NCBI GenBank assembly: GCA_047495785.1
Contig: JBLDXI010000144.1
Location: forward strand, 1 to 23,395
Length of the DNA stretch: 23,395 bases
Source: Lepidodermella squamata
Lineage: Eukaryota > Animalia > Gastrotricha
Direction: 5' to 3'
Of the stretch, positions 1 through 10,465 are shown in pieces. The notes under the pieces are model-generated. The model was not told where the DNA came from. It saw nothing but the letters and a program-made list of their open reading frames with translations, and ran no database searches. Positions within the stretch are counted from its first letter, which is position 1, and each line of letters opens with the position of its first letter. Made by a program: the position numbers and the translations under genes.

Positions 1-797
1 AAAGAGCGCAGAATGCAGAATTCTAAAAATTACCACGCAATTACATTTTACATTAAGCTTGGCCTCTTAGGTCTCTTGGTTCGGCTTTTCTTAGGTCTCC
101 CTAACACGGTTTGTAGTAATAAGGCTCCATTTAGATTGAACGCGTTCGTTAACCCAACCTGGATGAGTAATCAATATACTCGGCCTCCGGCGCGTTGAAG
201 TCGATGGATGAAATAAACAAAATTACATGTGAAATAGGAAATTAGCGAATAATTATTACATAAAAAAGAACAAACATCCACCCCTACACAGTATCTCACA
301 CAGTATTCTACACAAATCACAAGGCTGAAAAGCCGGGGATACCGCCCTGCACCCTTAAGTGCTTTCTGCGTGTCGATGGCTTGTACTCGCTCTTGTATAT
401 CGTTTCTCGCTTCTCCGACAATTGTCGTTTAGCGTTTGAAGCGTGGAAAAAGCAATACAAGAAATCATGAAAAAACACTCTTCATTTGTCCCTTTCCACT
501 TTCTTACTTCACGCTTAACTTCTCTTACTCAACAATTAAAACGCTGACAACAACTTTTCCGTGAGAGGAAAATCTCGCAGCTTTTTCTATTTTCTCGTTT
601 GGCCCTTTTCCACAATTATTTGTTTTTCATTTGTCTTTTTACATAAATGCTGCGAGTCCCAACATTTTTCCTATTAACTTGTAATTTTATCAAATGATAA
701 ATTATTTTGAAAAATGGATTTTTAGAGCTTTTTTGAAATGTTTTGGCGGGCCGTCTTTGATGTTGTTAACGCTGCGGGCCGTTCGCTGTTGGTTTCC

Positions 798-827
798 CTG
801 TGGTCTGTGGTCTGTGGTCTGTGGTCT
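798..827 (+). repeat. (CTGTGGT)x4 heptamer microsatellite, mirrored at 15316..15345
   Basis: Read directly: ctgtggtctgtggtctgtggtctgtggtct. Confidence 0.9.
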
Positions 828-1331
828 TGTGTCTTCTTACATCAATTTCGTGGACGCGCAGCCCAAAAAGTGTCTCTAGTTGGTCTCTAGTTAAAAGGGC
901 GCGGATGGTAGGTGGCTTTTGACTTTTAGCGGCAAAATAATCCTGAAACATTCATAGAAGAATGATATCGCATCCCGCGTTATATAATCAGTTTGTGAAG
1001 GCAACTATTATGCTTAATAAGAATTCATTTATTGCAAAATAACAGGAAGTCAAAGGAGGATATTTAGTACATAACATCCATAATACGAAGACATGACACA
1101 CGACCAACACCCTAGGAAATTGGAAACTATTCTCTCCTCGCTTTCGAAGGTTTCTTATAATTTAGAATAATTCGGATAGATTTGCGCAATCAATTTCACA
1201 CCGATTCCGGCAAATCCTGTTTCCTGATGAACAGATTTCTGTAATCTGTATTACTTCAATGATTTTATTGAGAATAAGACTGATCCGTAATTTTTATTAA
1301 TGTATTTATGTTTAGGCCTTCTCGATATTAG

Positions 1332-2935
1332 ATGGATTACAATAGAAGTGCCGAGGATGGCCCTAGTCTTCAGGAATTCCTGGAAAAAGTGAGGAATATT
1401 TCATTCACTGGTGAGATATTGAAATGTTAACAATTGCCACATAACATTTCCTTGGTTTTAGAAAACGCCGAACCGGCACATTTTTCGGTGTTTTCATCTG
1501 CTATATTTTATGTTCTCATCGCTGGAGTTAGTGGGTTCTTGATTTTGTCGGCCACGATTCTTTGCTTTACTTACTGGTTTTATGTGAAGCGGAAGACTTC
1601 GCCAGTTTTGTAAGTTTTGATAAGGCGGAACCTGTTGCTTCTAACATTTGCGCATTTTTAGGGAGGGCTCCCTCTCCGATCTCTCTTTTCATGTTCAAGC
1701 GAACGGAGATGCATTTGCCGATGAAGAGAAGGACATGGGCGACTCTGCGAAGCAAATTTGCCGAGGTGAGCTTTGAAGTTAATAACTGCTTCTTTTTTCA
1801 TCTTTCGTTTTAGCTGAGGAAACCTCATTAATCGAGCCACCGTCTTGGTCGGTCATGGATGTCAACAAGCTGAAGTCATATTTTGCTGATATTACAGTTT
1901 CCGATCAAAGTGTAGAAAAATGCAAGGCACTACAAGAAGGTAACGATTGATGATTGAATTCTTACAATAAGTTTACGGGTTAACCTTAGGAACTTTTGGC
2001 GCGATATATCTTGGGCTGTTTCATAAGCCTACAAATTACGGTGCCGCTAATGGAAAGCCGGCGAACGGAAATATTGGTGGAAATGGCCCTCCGCGGAAGG
2101 CGTTCATCAAATCAGTCATTCGCCAAGCCACCCCGGTTCAAGTGGCTACTATGTTACACGACGCTTTGTTGCTGAAAGGAGTCGTTCACAAGCATTTGAT
2201 GTCGCCTGTAGCGGTCGCTTTTTCTCTGCCCGGCTGCTATCCTCAGTTTGTTTATGCAAGCGCTTCCTATGGGAATTTGAAGAAGGTTCTAACCGTTGCG
2301 AGATGGCCTAGTAATGTCGGCCGCACCAATTCATCTGATTCGAACCAGAGTGTTGTTTTTTCGATCCGAAACCTCATTGAAATAGCCACTCAGGTGCTGA
2401 AAGCCGTTCGTCATTTACATCGCGTTGCAATTGTTCACAAAGATATAGCTGCTCGAAATTGCTTCCTCACCAGTGGAACAGACGGCATGCGTGTTCGCCT
2501 CTGCGACCCTTGCTTATCGCGCGATTTATTCCCTGATGAATATCACTGCCTATTGGACAACGAAAATCGACCTGTTCGCTGGCTTGCTTTAGAAGCGTTG
2601 GAGGAAAAGCTGTATTCACGGTCAAGTGACGTTTGGGCATTTGCTGTTTTCCTTTGGGAGCTTTTCACCCTGGGCCAGATGCCGTACGTTGACGTTGACC
2701 CTATGGAAATGGCGACTGTTCTCGCTGATGGCCTTCGCGTTCAAAAGCCACCTAATTGCCCTGATCACATGTAAGTATCTCCGAATATTTGTGTTTCATT
2801 TTGATGACATATCGTTGATTTTCTATTAGATACAGCTTGATGGTTTGTTGCTGGATGCTGCAACCGGAGCAGCGACCCACGATTGACAAAATCAACGAGT
2901 TTTTACAAGCGTATATTGCTCAATCGCCGTTGTAG
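1332..2935 (+). CDS. RYK: RYK/Derailed/LIN-18-family receptor tyrosine pseudokinase, copy 1. Exons 1332-1410, 1462-1609, 1662-1765, 1814-1939, 1990-2770, 2830-2935; 5' end uncertain
   Basis: The spliced frame gives a TM helix (AIFYVLIAGVSGFLILSATILCFTYWFYV-KRK) followed by RYK signatures LQEGTFG, AFIKSV, HKDIAARNC and DPCLSRDLFPDEYHCLLDNENRPVRWLALE. Five phase-compatible GT-AG introns of 48-59 bp. Confidence 0.9.
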
Positions 2936-4305
2936 GCGTATCAATAATTATGCGTCTCAATAACTGCCGCCTAGTCTTCCTTAATCAGAAAGATTGCTCT
3001 ATACGTACTTTTGTTTGCGTTTGCATAATCCAGTATGCATCGGACATGACTGCTTCTCGTCGTTTTTATTGCGCCTGCTCAAGTAATTGCTGCTGTTTTG
3101 ACGACGCCCTGTATTGTTGACAAAATTATATTCGGAGATAGCTGATTTAATTATGTGCTCACTGCGAGACGGTTGGCGTCGCTTATCGTTTGTAGATTTA
3201 GCATTTTGTTGCAATGGTATCGGTGTTACATTTATATATTGCTGCATTTGTCTTGCCCAGTCAATAACTAGTTGTTTGTATATGTAAATGTTCATACAGC
3301 GAAAGATCAAAGATGCATTGCACGTTTCTCAGGTTTTTCGGTTGCTTTTTATATTCTATTTACATCATTTAATAATTAGTCATTTTTGTGACTCGAAAAT
3401 GTACGGATGATATTGATTGCTCTTGTTAAAGCTGATGATTTTCTTATAATTTTCGTCAACGATGAAATCGCTGCCTACTTTCTGGTTTTATTCAGAAATG
3501 CTTTCGGTAAAGCTCAGAAATAAAGAAGACTTTTTGGTACTTCGAATGATTTTTAGCGGAAAGGCTTAGCGTTCTATTTTATTTGGGACCGAATAATTGC
3601 TTTCGACCGGTTCACGTATAAGAGCAATTAAGAAAGGTACGACCTCTAATGTTGGATACTGCGTATAAGCAAGTTACGCAACCACAGATGTGCGCATTTT
3701 GTATCAATTTGCCCCGGCGTGGTGCACTTGGCTAACAGTTCAATCTAATTATTAGCGGCAATAAACCGCTAACGTCCTGCTGAGCTAATGGTAACTTCTG
3801 ATACCATACTTTGTTTCATGCTATTTGGCTGCTCCGGTTCCGAGACCATGCTCATTTCAGTGAAGTGGTTCCTAGTATACCACGACTTCAACAACTCAGT
3901 GAATGCCCTATATTTTGACGATAACACAAGATTTGAACATTATCTCACGGTTCCGGCGCGGTGAAATCAAAGTGGGAGAGGCACCACTTCAGTTGGTAAT
4001 CAAGAATGTAGGAGCGCATAATGATTAACAAACGCCTACCGCATTGAGAAAACCTCCGATAAGACAAGAGCACTGAGCGAGAATACTCAGCAGCTACACG
4101 AGCGACAACAGAATGTCGCCCATAACTTCATGTGGCTTTGCATTTTATTTGTTCTCTTTATGACAGTGGCACGTAATTTTCCCATACCTATCCCAAAGCT
4201 ACCGAATTTTTATTGCAGTTTTATTGCTAGTAAAATTGAGTTACGTTAGAACGAGAAAATTCCGCAGCGTGTATGTCAATGACAGCCTAATTTCTGCCGC
4301 GCAAG

Positions 4306-5912
4306 ATGCCATCGGAATCGGAAGACGAAAAAGATTGGGAGGAAGATATTGGGGTGAGGCAAGAGCAGAGGTTGCTCAGCGGCCCATCTCAATCAACTTG
4401 GGAAAATGGTGGCCGACGTAGGAGTTCCATGGCAAGCAGCGAACAGCGTTTTCAATACGCGAAATCTTATTTCGAAGCAAGTATCGAGCCCGACCGACCA
4501 CGTCTAGTGAATGCATGGTACGAAAGCCAACGCCCGAACAGATCCAGAGCAATTGGTGCGAGAAAGCAAATTTTTTATAACGAGAAGAAGGAGCAAAAGG
4601 GTGAAATTCTGTTCGGGCGAACCGCGAAACAATTAGGTTTGTCGATTAAGTACCTACTTCTTACAATCAAGATCGATATTTTTATGATGAAAGCTGAAGT
4701 TATAGCTAAGTCTTTGATCTTTGACAGCTGCCTGTATTGGATTTTATTTCATATTATGGAGCTTTTTAATCGGTGTCGCGGCTGGTTTGATCGCCCTCCA
4801 ACTCCACAGTGGCTGGATAAGTATCGACTACCCCAGGTTTACGACAAAAGACAGTCCAATTGGACAAATAGGATCAAGACACTACAGTCATCGCCATTAT
4901 TATGGTAACCCTGGATTAGCATTTCGGCCGTTAAATTACGATGACTCAAATTTGATCTGGTTTATACCTGGTTCCAAACATCCTGAAACTTGGATGCCTC
5001 TAGTTGGAAGCCTAGATGCCTACTTGGAAGGTGCGCTCATTGTCATTCATTCGAAAGTTTCCGATGTTGTTTTTTTCAGCTTACACTGAGAAAAGGATGT
5101 ATGGGTGCTACGACTGCAGTAAGCGACCTTTTCCTCCACCGCCCATTGAGGAAGATCCTTATGTAAATGAGGACGGAAATTACGCGAAGTGGTATTGCTG
5201 TTTTTATATCAAAGATCTCGGTCGAGAATGCACGAAACAAAGGGCTTACGGCTACGTCGAAGGGAAACCATGCATTTTGCTGAAGCTCAATAGAGTAACA
5301 TCGAATTAAAGGTTGTAGTCTTGGAAATAATCTTGTTTTGCGACAGATAATCAACTGGATGCCGATGCTTTACAAAAATAAATCAGAAGCTCCAGCGGAG
5401 ATCCACGACAGATTCAGCGAAAGGCATATTGGGGTTAAATGCTTCGGTGTTGTAAGTAAATATTGAAATTGGCGACTTTTTGGTTTCATCTCCACATTTA
5501 ATTTTAGTATCCGTCAGATAAAGAACATATCGGTGAATTGGCCTATTATCCTCCTGAAGGCTTTCCTTACTACTATTTCCCGTACCGAAATCAAAAGCGT
5601 TTCCGTTCTCCACTGGTCTTCATGCAATTTCTCAATGCGACCCCTGGAGTTTTGATAATGGTTGAATGCCACGCTTATGCAAAAAACATCGAGATTGACA
5701 CATCGATATTTCACATGATGGGCTCAGTTCGGTTCGAAATCATGATCGACGTCAGCCGGGGCGCGCCGTCATCGTCGGCATCTTCGACTCATCATCAGCA
5801 TCGAAAGTCGTCTGCTTTCGCTTTAGCTCAAATATTTTTGCTGATGGATCAAACAATTTTGCGTTTCCTTTGCATTTTTTCGGTAGCGATTACTCGTAGT
5901 CTTTCTTCATAG
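4306..5912 (+). CDS. Na+/K+-ATPase beta subunit family protein. Exons 4306-4636, 4728-5030, 5080-5294, 5347-5451, 5508-5912
   Basis: Motifs FYN...ILFGRTAKQL plus TM, NPGLAFRP, YGYVEGKPCILLKLNRIINWMP, YYPPEGFPYYYFPY, SPLVFMQF, ECHAYAKNI and GSVRFEIMID. GT-AG introns are phase-compatible. Confidence 0.92.
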
Positions 5913-6321
5913 AGTATCAAGTTTTGCACGAACAGAGAGAGAGAGAAGACTTTATCGGAATTATTTACAGTTATATAACTTGGACGCTCAGCGTATAAGC
6001 AACTGGTTTAAAGTTTGAAGGCCATTTAGGTATACAGCTCTGGATTTTTGCCAATAATTTAAATAAAGCTAAATATTTATATCGTGAACAATTTAGAGTA
6101 GCGAGAAATTTTCATTTTCTAAACTACGCAAGGTATTCAGGGTCAAACATCATTGCGGCAGCGTAGGAGGAGATCAGCGAGATAAGCAGCTACCTTTTAT
6201 AACATCGGCAGCCTTCCAATAAAATTCCAGTCGTCATGAACGATAACGATATGGCGCACTGATTAAAAACTCAGTGGTACAAGCCAAAATTTTACCGGAA
6301 TATCGGGTGTTTTAATCACAC

Positions 6322-7361
6322 ATGTGCCATCTGAATGACTCCATGCGGGAGCAATACGTTGCCAACCGCCGGGAGCACATCCTATACTTCGCCGTATTTC
6401 CCGCTTTTTGCACGACTGGTGTTATTTTCAACGTCGCTTTTTTGATTGGCTTGTGGTCAACGCGCTTCAGAGGGCCCATGTACACCTTCCTAAAGGCTAT
6501 GGCAATGTGTGACCTATTCTATTTCCTTTCTTTCTTCGTTGTTATGATCGAGCGATGTACTTATGATTTTTGCTTCCTGATAAACTCTACCGGCTATGCT
6601 CGACTTATCCTTCAAGTCCTCATTTATCAGGTCGCAAAGGAAGCCACTTTCTGGATCAGCTATTGCATCAGCTTGCTGTTTTTTATTCAACGGATGATAT
6701 CTCTGGTTTCCCCTCTCGAAGTGAAGCAGTACTTCAACGTAGCAAGATCTCGATACATAATTATTTCCTCGGTTTTCGTAAGTTATATCGCGGTGATTAA
6801 TAGAAAAGATGTATTCATGTTGGAATTTCCGAAAATTAGATTAATTACTCTGTTAGTACTTGGGCAGCTGAGTATGGAAGGGTCCAGAAAACATCGCTTT
6901 CTACACGATGCACGCTCTATATAGGATTTTTCTCAGTAAATTCGCACAGCCGGGGAATGCTTCACATCGCCATGCTGACCTTTATTTACTTCGTTCCAGC
7001 TATCACTTTCATCGTGTTCTGGGCAACTTATAGACGCGAACTAACTCGGCAATCAAACAGTAGCTCTAAACTTGCGACTCGCATAGGTCTGGCGGTGATA
7101 TCTGGAAAAATACTGTTCTCGCTCGCCAATTATGTGGAATGGTTTGCTGGCTACAACGTTTCCGGGAATTTAAGCGATCAAACCCAAGCGTTGGTTCGCG
7201 ACATTTGCAACTCTTGCGCTATACTTGCGCAACTGTTTTCAATCCTATTGCAGCTTGTTTTTAACCGCGCATTTCAGCGCAAATTTTTTGGGCGGCAGTT
7301 TACGGCCAGCAGCTCACTACAGCATTGTACATCCGCTTCCAGTAACATCATTTCGGAATAA
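6322..7361 (+). CDS. Divergent rhodopsin-like (peptide-receptor/chemoreceptor-like) GPCR. Exons 6322-6777, 6840-7361
   Basis: TM1 GVIFN, TM2 YTFLKAMAMCDLF, TM3 end IQRMISLVSPL, further hydrophobic helices, and helix-8-like VFNRAFQRKF. A 62-bp GT-AG intron joins the two ORF-track segments in frame. Confidence 0.78.
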
Positions 7362-7691
7362 AACCATGTTTTGTGAGTTGTGAAAGCCTGGCCATTAGTG
7401 ATTAGGCACGCTCTCGAGGAAAATCGCCAATAAACAACGCCATTAAAAGTTAAGCCTCTGTTTTGCAAAAACTTAATCTCATCGCAAAATGCAGGACTTG
7501 AATGAAAATTTAAAGAGGTTAATGTCCTATTTTGACATTATTTTAGCGGTTTATTCAATGGAAATACGTATCTAGAGAATCAAGAGACAGTATGCAAAAA
7601 GGTAATATTTATAGTTGCAATTTTGCGAAAATTTCCGCCAACATCATCAGATCAGTCAACATTATTATTTGAAAAATAATGGTCATTCTCA

Positions 7692-8050
7692 ATGGTCATT
7701 CTCAGCATCATTGATATGGGTCTGGATAAGGCGGATCGGTGTGACACTGCCTCCTCAACTGTTTTCGGCCAGAATGAATCTGGCTTTCAAAGATCGATGA
7801 CCGTCACTTCAGTTCAAGCAAATTATTCAGCAATGCAATTCGCCGGTCACAGGTGAGAAATAAGAATTTTAAGCCTGATTTCACACATTATTTTCAGATT
7901 TTCTCGTTGGACCCGGTTATTTCCGATGGATAAATCGTCATCAAGCACAGCTGATCCAGGCACCTACACCTTCATTAGTCGGAAATCTCAAGTTACCAGA
8001 GGAAGCTCATTAAAATTAAACCGGTTCTCTGAGATCAACAGAAAAAATTA
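7692..8050 (+). CDS. Possible small spliced hypothetical protein (~104 aa), exons 7692-7852 and 7898-8050
   Basis: A typical 45-bp intron (gtgaga...ttttcag, 7853-7897) joins two open frames. No recognisable homology. Confidence 0.3.
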
Positions 8051-8111
8051 AAGCAATACAAACATTTTTAATATTTTGAAAGCTTCGACAAGTAAAACAT
8101 CAACAATGTTA

Positions 8112-9927
8112 TCATTCTTTCGGTTTCTCAGCTTCGTTTAAAGGTTCCATTGAGCAAGGTAATAGGTCGCCGGATTTGCAATACGACGAACACTTGTACA
8201 AATGCCTGTATTCAAACAATACGGTTAATCGCAATAACTGAATCTTTCACTGTCAACTCACTGGCCACTTTTGTTTTTAGTTACAACGCTCTGTCGAATC
8301 AAACCATCAGGGCAGCAGAGATGAAGATGAACATGTCTAGCCCGCGGAGCTGAAAGGAGAACTCTTGGCCAGGCAGGGCTATCAATTGTTGGGTTTTCAT
8401 TCGTCTCACTCGATTTCTTTTCAATTATTAGATACGAGTAGCTTTCGGACGCAATTTGCTCTTTTTGCTGTAAATATTTTGATAGGAAATTTGAGCCGTT
8501 ACTTGAAAATCACAAACCGTCACTAATCGAAGCTTAGTGTATTTTGTACTGAACGAACAGATCGGGCTCAATTCTTGAGAAGTTAACCTCGGACAAGCAT
8601 GAGCATGTGGGCACTTGAATTTAAAAAAAATGCATCTTTAAAATTTGATTTAAAATTTCAAACTCACAGGTGCCAAAATTCTAACGCCAGGCTATCAATA
8701 AGAAGATTCAATTAACAAATCAATAAAAGAAACGTTGTTTTACCTGTTCCGTGAAGAAATTTCGAGCCTCTGTTATTAGCTTGAACCCGCCAGTTGTTGC
8801 ATGTTCAACAATGACGATGTATTTCCTTGATTTACTCAACATCGAAGTGTAGAGCTTGAGACGTTCATCTTGGCTAGCCATTTCCATCAGGGTGTAACTG
8901 CAAGTGACCAAATCGTACTTGTTCTCATCTCCATGAGGTATGACAGCTTTGTAGAACAGACCGGAAAAAGCAGGTTTTCCAGCAGCTTTCCCTCCCTTTA
9001 ACATTGAGACATGAATAGTTGGGTTATTTTGGCGAGGAGAATTACCTGAATAATCAATTTAGACAACTTCGACATTTCCTGGGATGTATCGACACACAAG
9101 GCTACCCTAACACCATCTTCCCATACAGGTTTAGTGGCCCATAAAACCGAACCGAGCCCTGATCCGATGTCAAGCAAGTACTCGGGTTTGAAACTTTGGT
9201 CCACCGCTCGAATTTCTTCGAATATTTTGACCAAAACCGCATATTCAGCTGGCAATCTCTCAAACATATACAAATAGCAATTGTAAGCGTCGAATTCCAT
9301 AGGCTTCCAATGATAGACAGTTTTTCTCAGCTTCGAATAAAGTCTGTTTTTGATATTTTCCTCGTAGATTTCTTCCTCTTCAGGTGTCGGGTTTTGGCTA
9401 CCAATATCAATCTTTGAGCGCAGTTTTTCTTCTATTTTCACCGCTCTCTCCCGTAATTCAGTGTTGTCAGTGGGGGGCAGTCGAGATTTTAGATTGTGAA
9501 CAAACTCCGCACTAGCGCGCTTTATATCTTCCAACTTGTATTCTAAATGACAGGATATAGTTTTGTTGCTATGGTTGCGCGAACTTACTCCCTATTAGCG
9601 AAAACACAGCCGTTTGAACAGTTTCGGGAACGTTTACGACTTTGTGATTCCTCAGACCAGGGTGACGCTTGGCTTTCAGTTCCGCGGCAGCCAGGCGAGA
9701 TTCCAAAGCAGCATCCAGCTTCAAAGTAACATCTCTTTCTTGCGGTCGAGGAACGTGTACTTCTTGCTGTTATTTACAAATCAACTCGAAATTTCACAAT
9801 TCCAAGTGCTAACTAAACTCACTGGAATTTCTTCCTCCTCTGGAGCAACGCTTTCAGGGTTAACCCTCCTTGCATTTGGCGCGCCCCTCAAGGAACGGCT
9901 GAAAAACGCAACCAATTTCCGCGACAT
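8112..9927 (-). CDS. METTL17: METTL17/Rsm22 mitochondrial small ribosomal subunit assembly methyltransferase-like protein, multi-exon
   Basis: Presequence-like N-terminus MSRKLVAFFSRSLRG; motifs KRHPG, VYHWKP, LLDIGSGLGSVLWA, YDLVTCSYTLME, ILAP|CPHAHACP, WPRV...HVHLHLCCPDG and LYKC...GDLLP. Confidence 0.92.
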
Positions 9928-10036
9928 TTTTAATAATAATCTTTAATAATCAGTGGTTTCTACACATAACATAGAGTGTACATGCAAATTATCACATTCG
10001 GGTAAATCACGCAGTGACTTTCAAAGCATTTGCATA

Positions 10037-10042
10037 TTTATT
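10037..10042 (-). terminator. Candidate AATAAA polyadenylation signal of PFDN4
   Basis: tttatt on the + strand, about 27 nt downstream of the stop. Confidence 0.5.
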
Positions 10043-10069
10043 CGCGAGAAATGTTGAGCAAGTTTTTGA

Positions 10070-10465
10070 CTAGTCGTCCGCATCTTCCTCCAAGTTGATT
10101 TTCGAACCAAACTTAGCATAGAGACGAGCTTTAAGCTCAGTTAGCGACGCCGTGTAATCTTTCAGCGTTAGTTCCAATTCGGCAATTCGTTTATTCGTGA
10201 CAGCTTTGTCAACTTCAAGGCGCTTTTGTACTTGCACAGGTGATAATTCGAAGAAAACTTCCCCGAGTTGATATGGAACCTTGCTATCCTCATCGAGCAG
10301 TGCGATTTCATCGACAGATTCATAAGCATCCTCCAAAGCTTTCAAGTAGGACTTCTTAGCATCGAGTTCGCCCTTTGCCTCCTTGAAATTTGCATTCGTT
10401 GTGGCAAATTTATTGATACACTGCTGATCTTCAAAGGTGACTGCAGCATCGCCTGTTTGAGCCAT
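10070..10465 (-). CDS. PFDN4: Prefoldin subunit 4 (intronless CDS)
   Basis: 131 aa with VTFEDQQCINKFA, VPYQLGEVF and LKARLYAKFGSKINLE. Confidence 0.95.
   Translation of the reverse strand: MAQTGDAAVTFEDQQCINKFATTNANFKEAKGELDAKKSYLKALEDAYESVDEIALLDEDSKVPYQLGEVFFELSPVQVQKRLEVDKAVTNKRIAELELTLKDYTASLTELKARLYAKFGSKINLEEDADD

Larger units (their letters stand above)
1..3400 (+). repeat. Left arm of 3.4-kb inverted duplication (partner 12743..16142)
   Basis: Every ORF in this arm has an identical reverse-strand twin with constant coordinate sum 16143 (13/16130, 694/15449, 1562/14581, 2142/14001, 2999/13144). Identity breaks at 3401/12742. The outer boundary may lie beyond the window. Confidence 0.97.

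Noticed and set aside
798-892. CRISPR-like repeat or MITE around (CTGTGGT)x4 and (GTCTCTAGTT)x2
   Set aside because: No spacers, eukaryotic context, and no convincing TIRs or TSD.
2999-3310. 103-aa ORF antisense to the RYK 3' region (twin at 12833..13144)
   Set aside because: Non-ATG start and no recognisable motifs; its duplication is explained by the repeat.
3401-4305. tRNA, snRNA or SL RNA gene in the intergenic DNA
   Set aside because: No cloverleaf, Sm-site architecture or known leader recognised by eye. A covariance-model search would be needed to exclude one.
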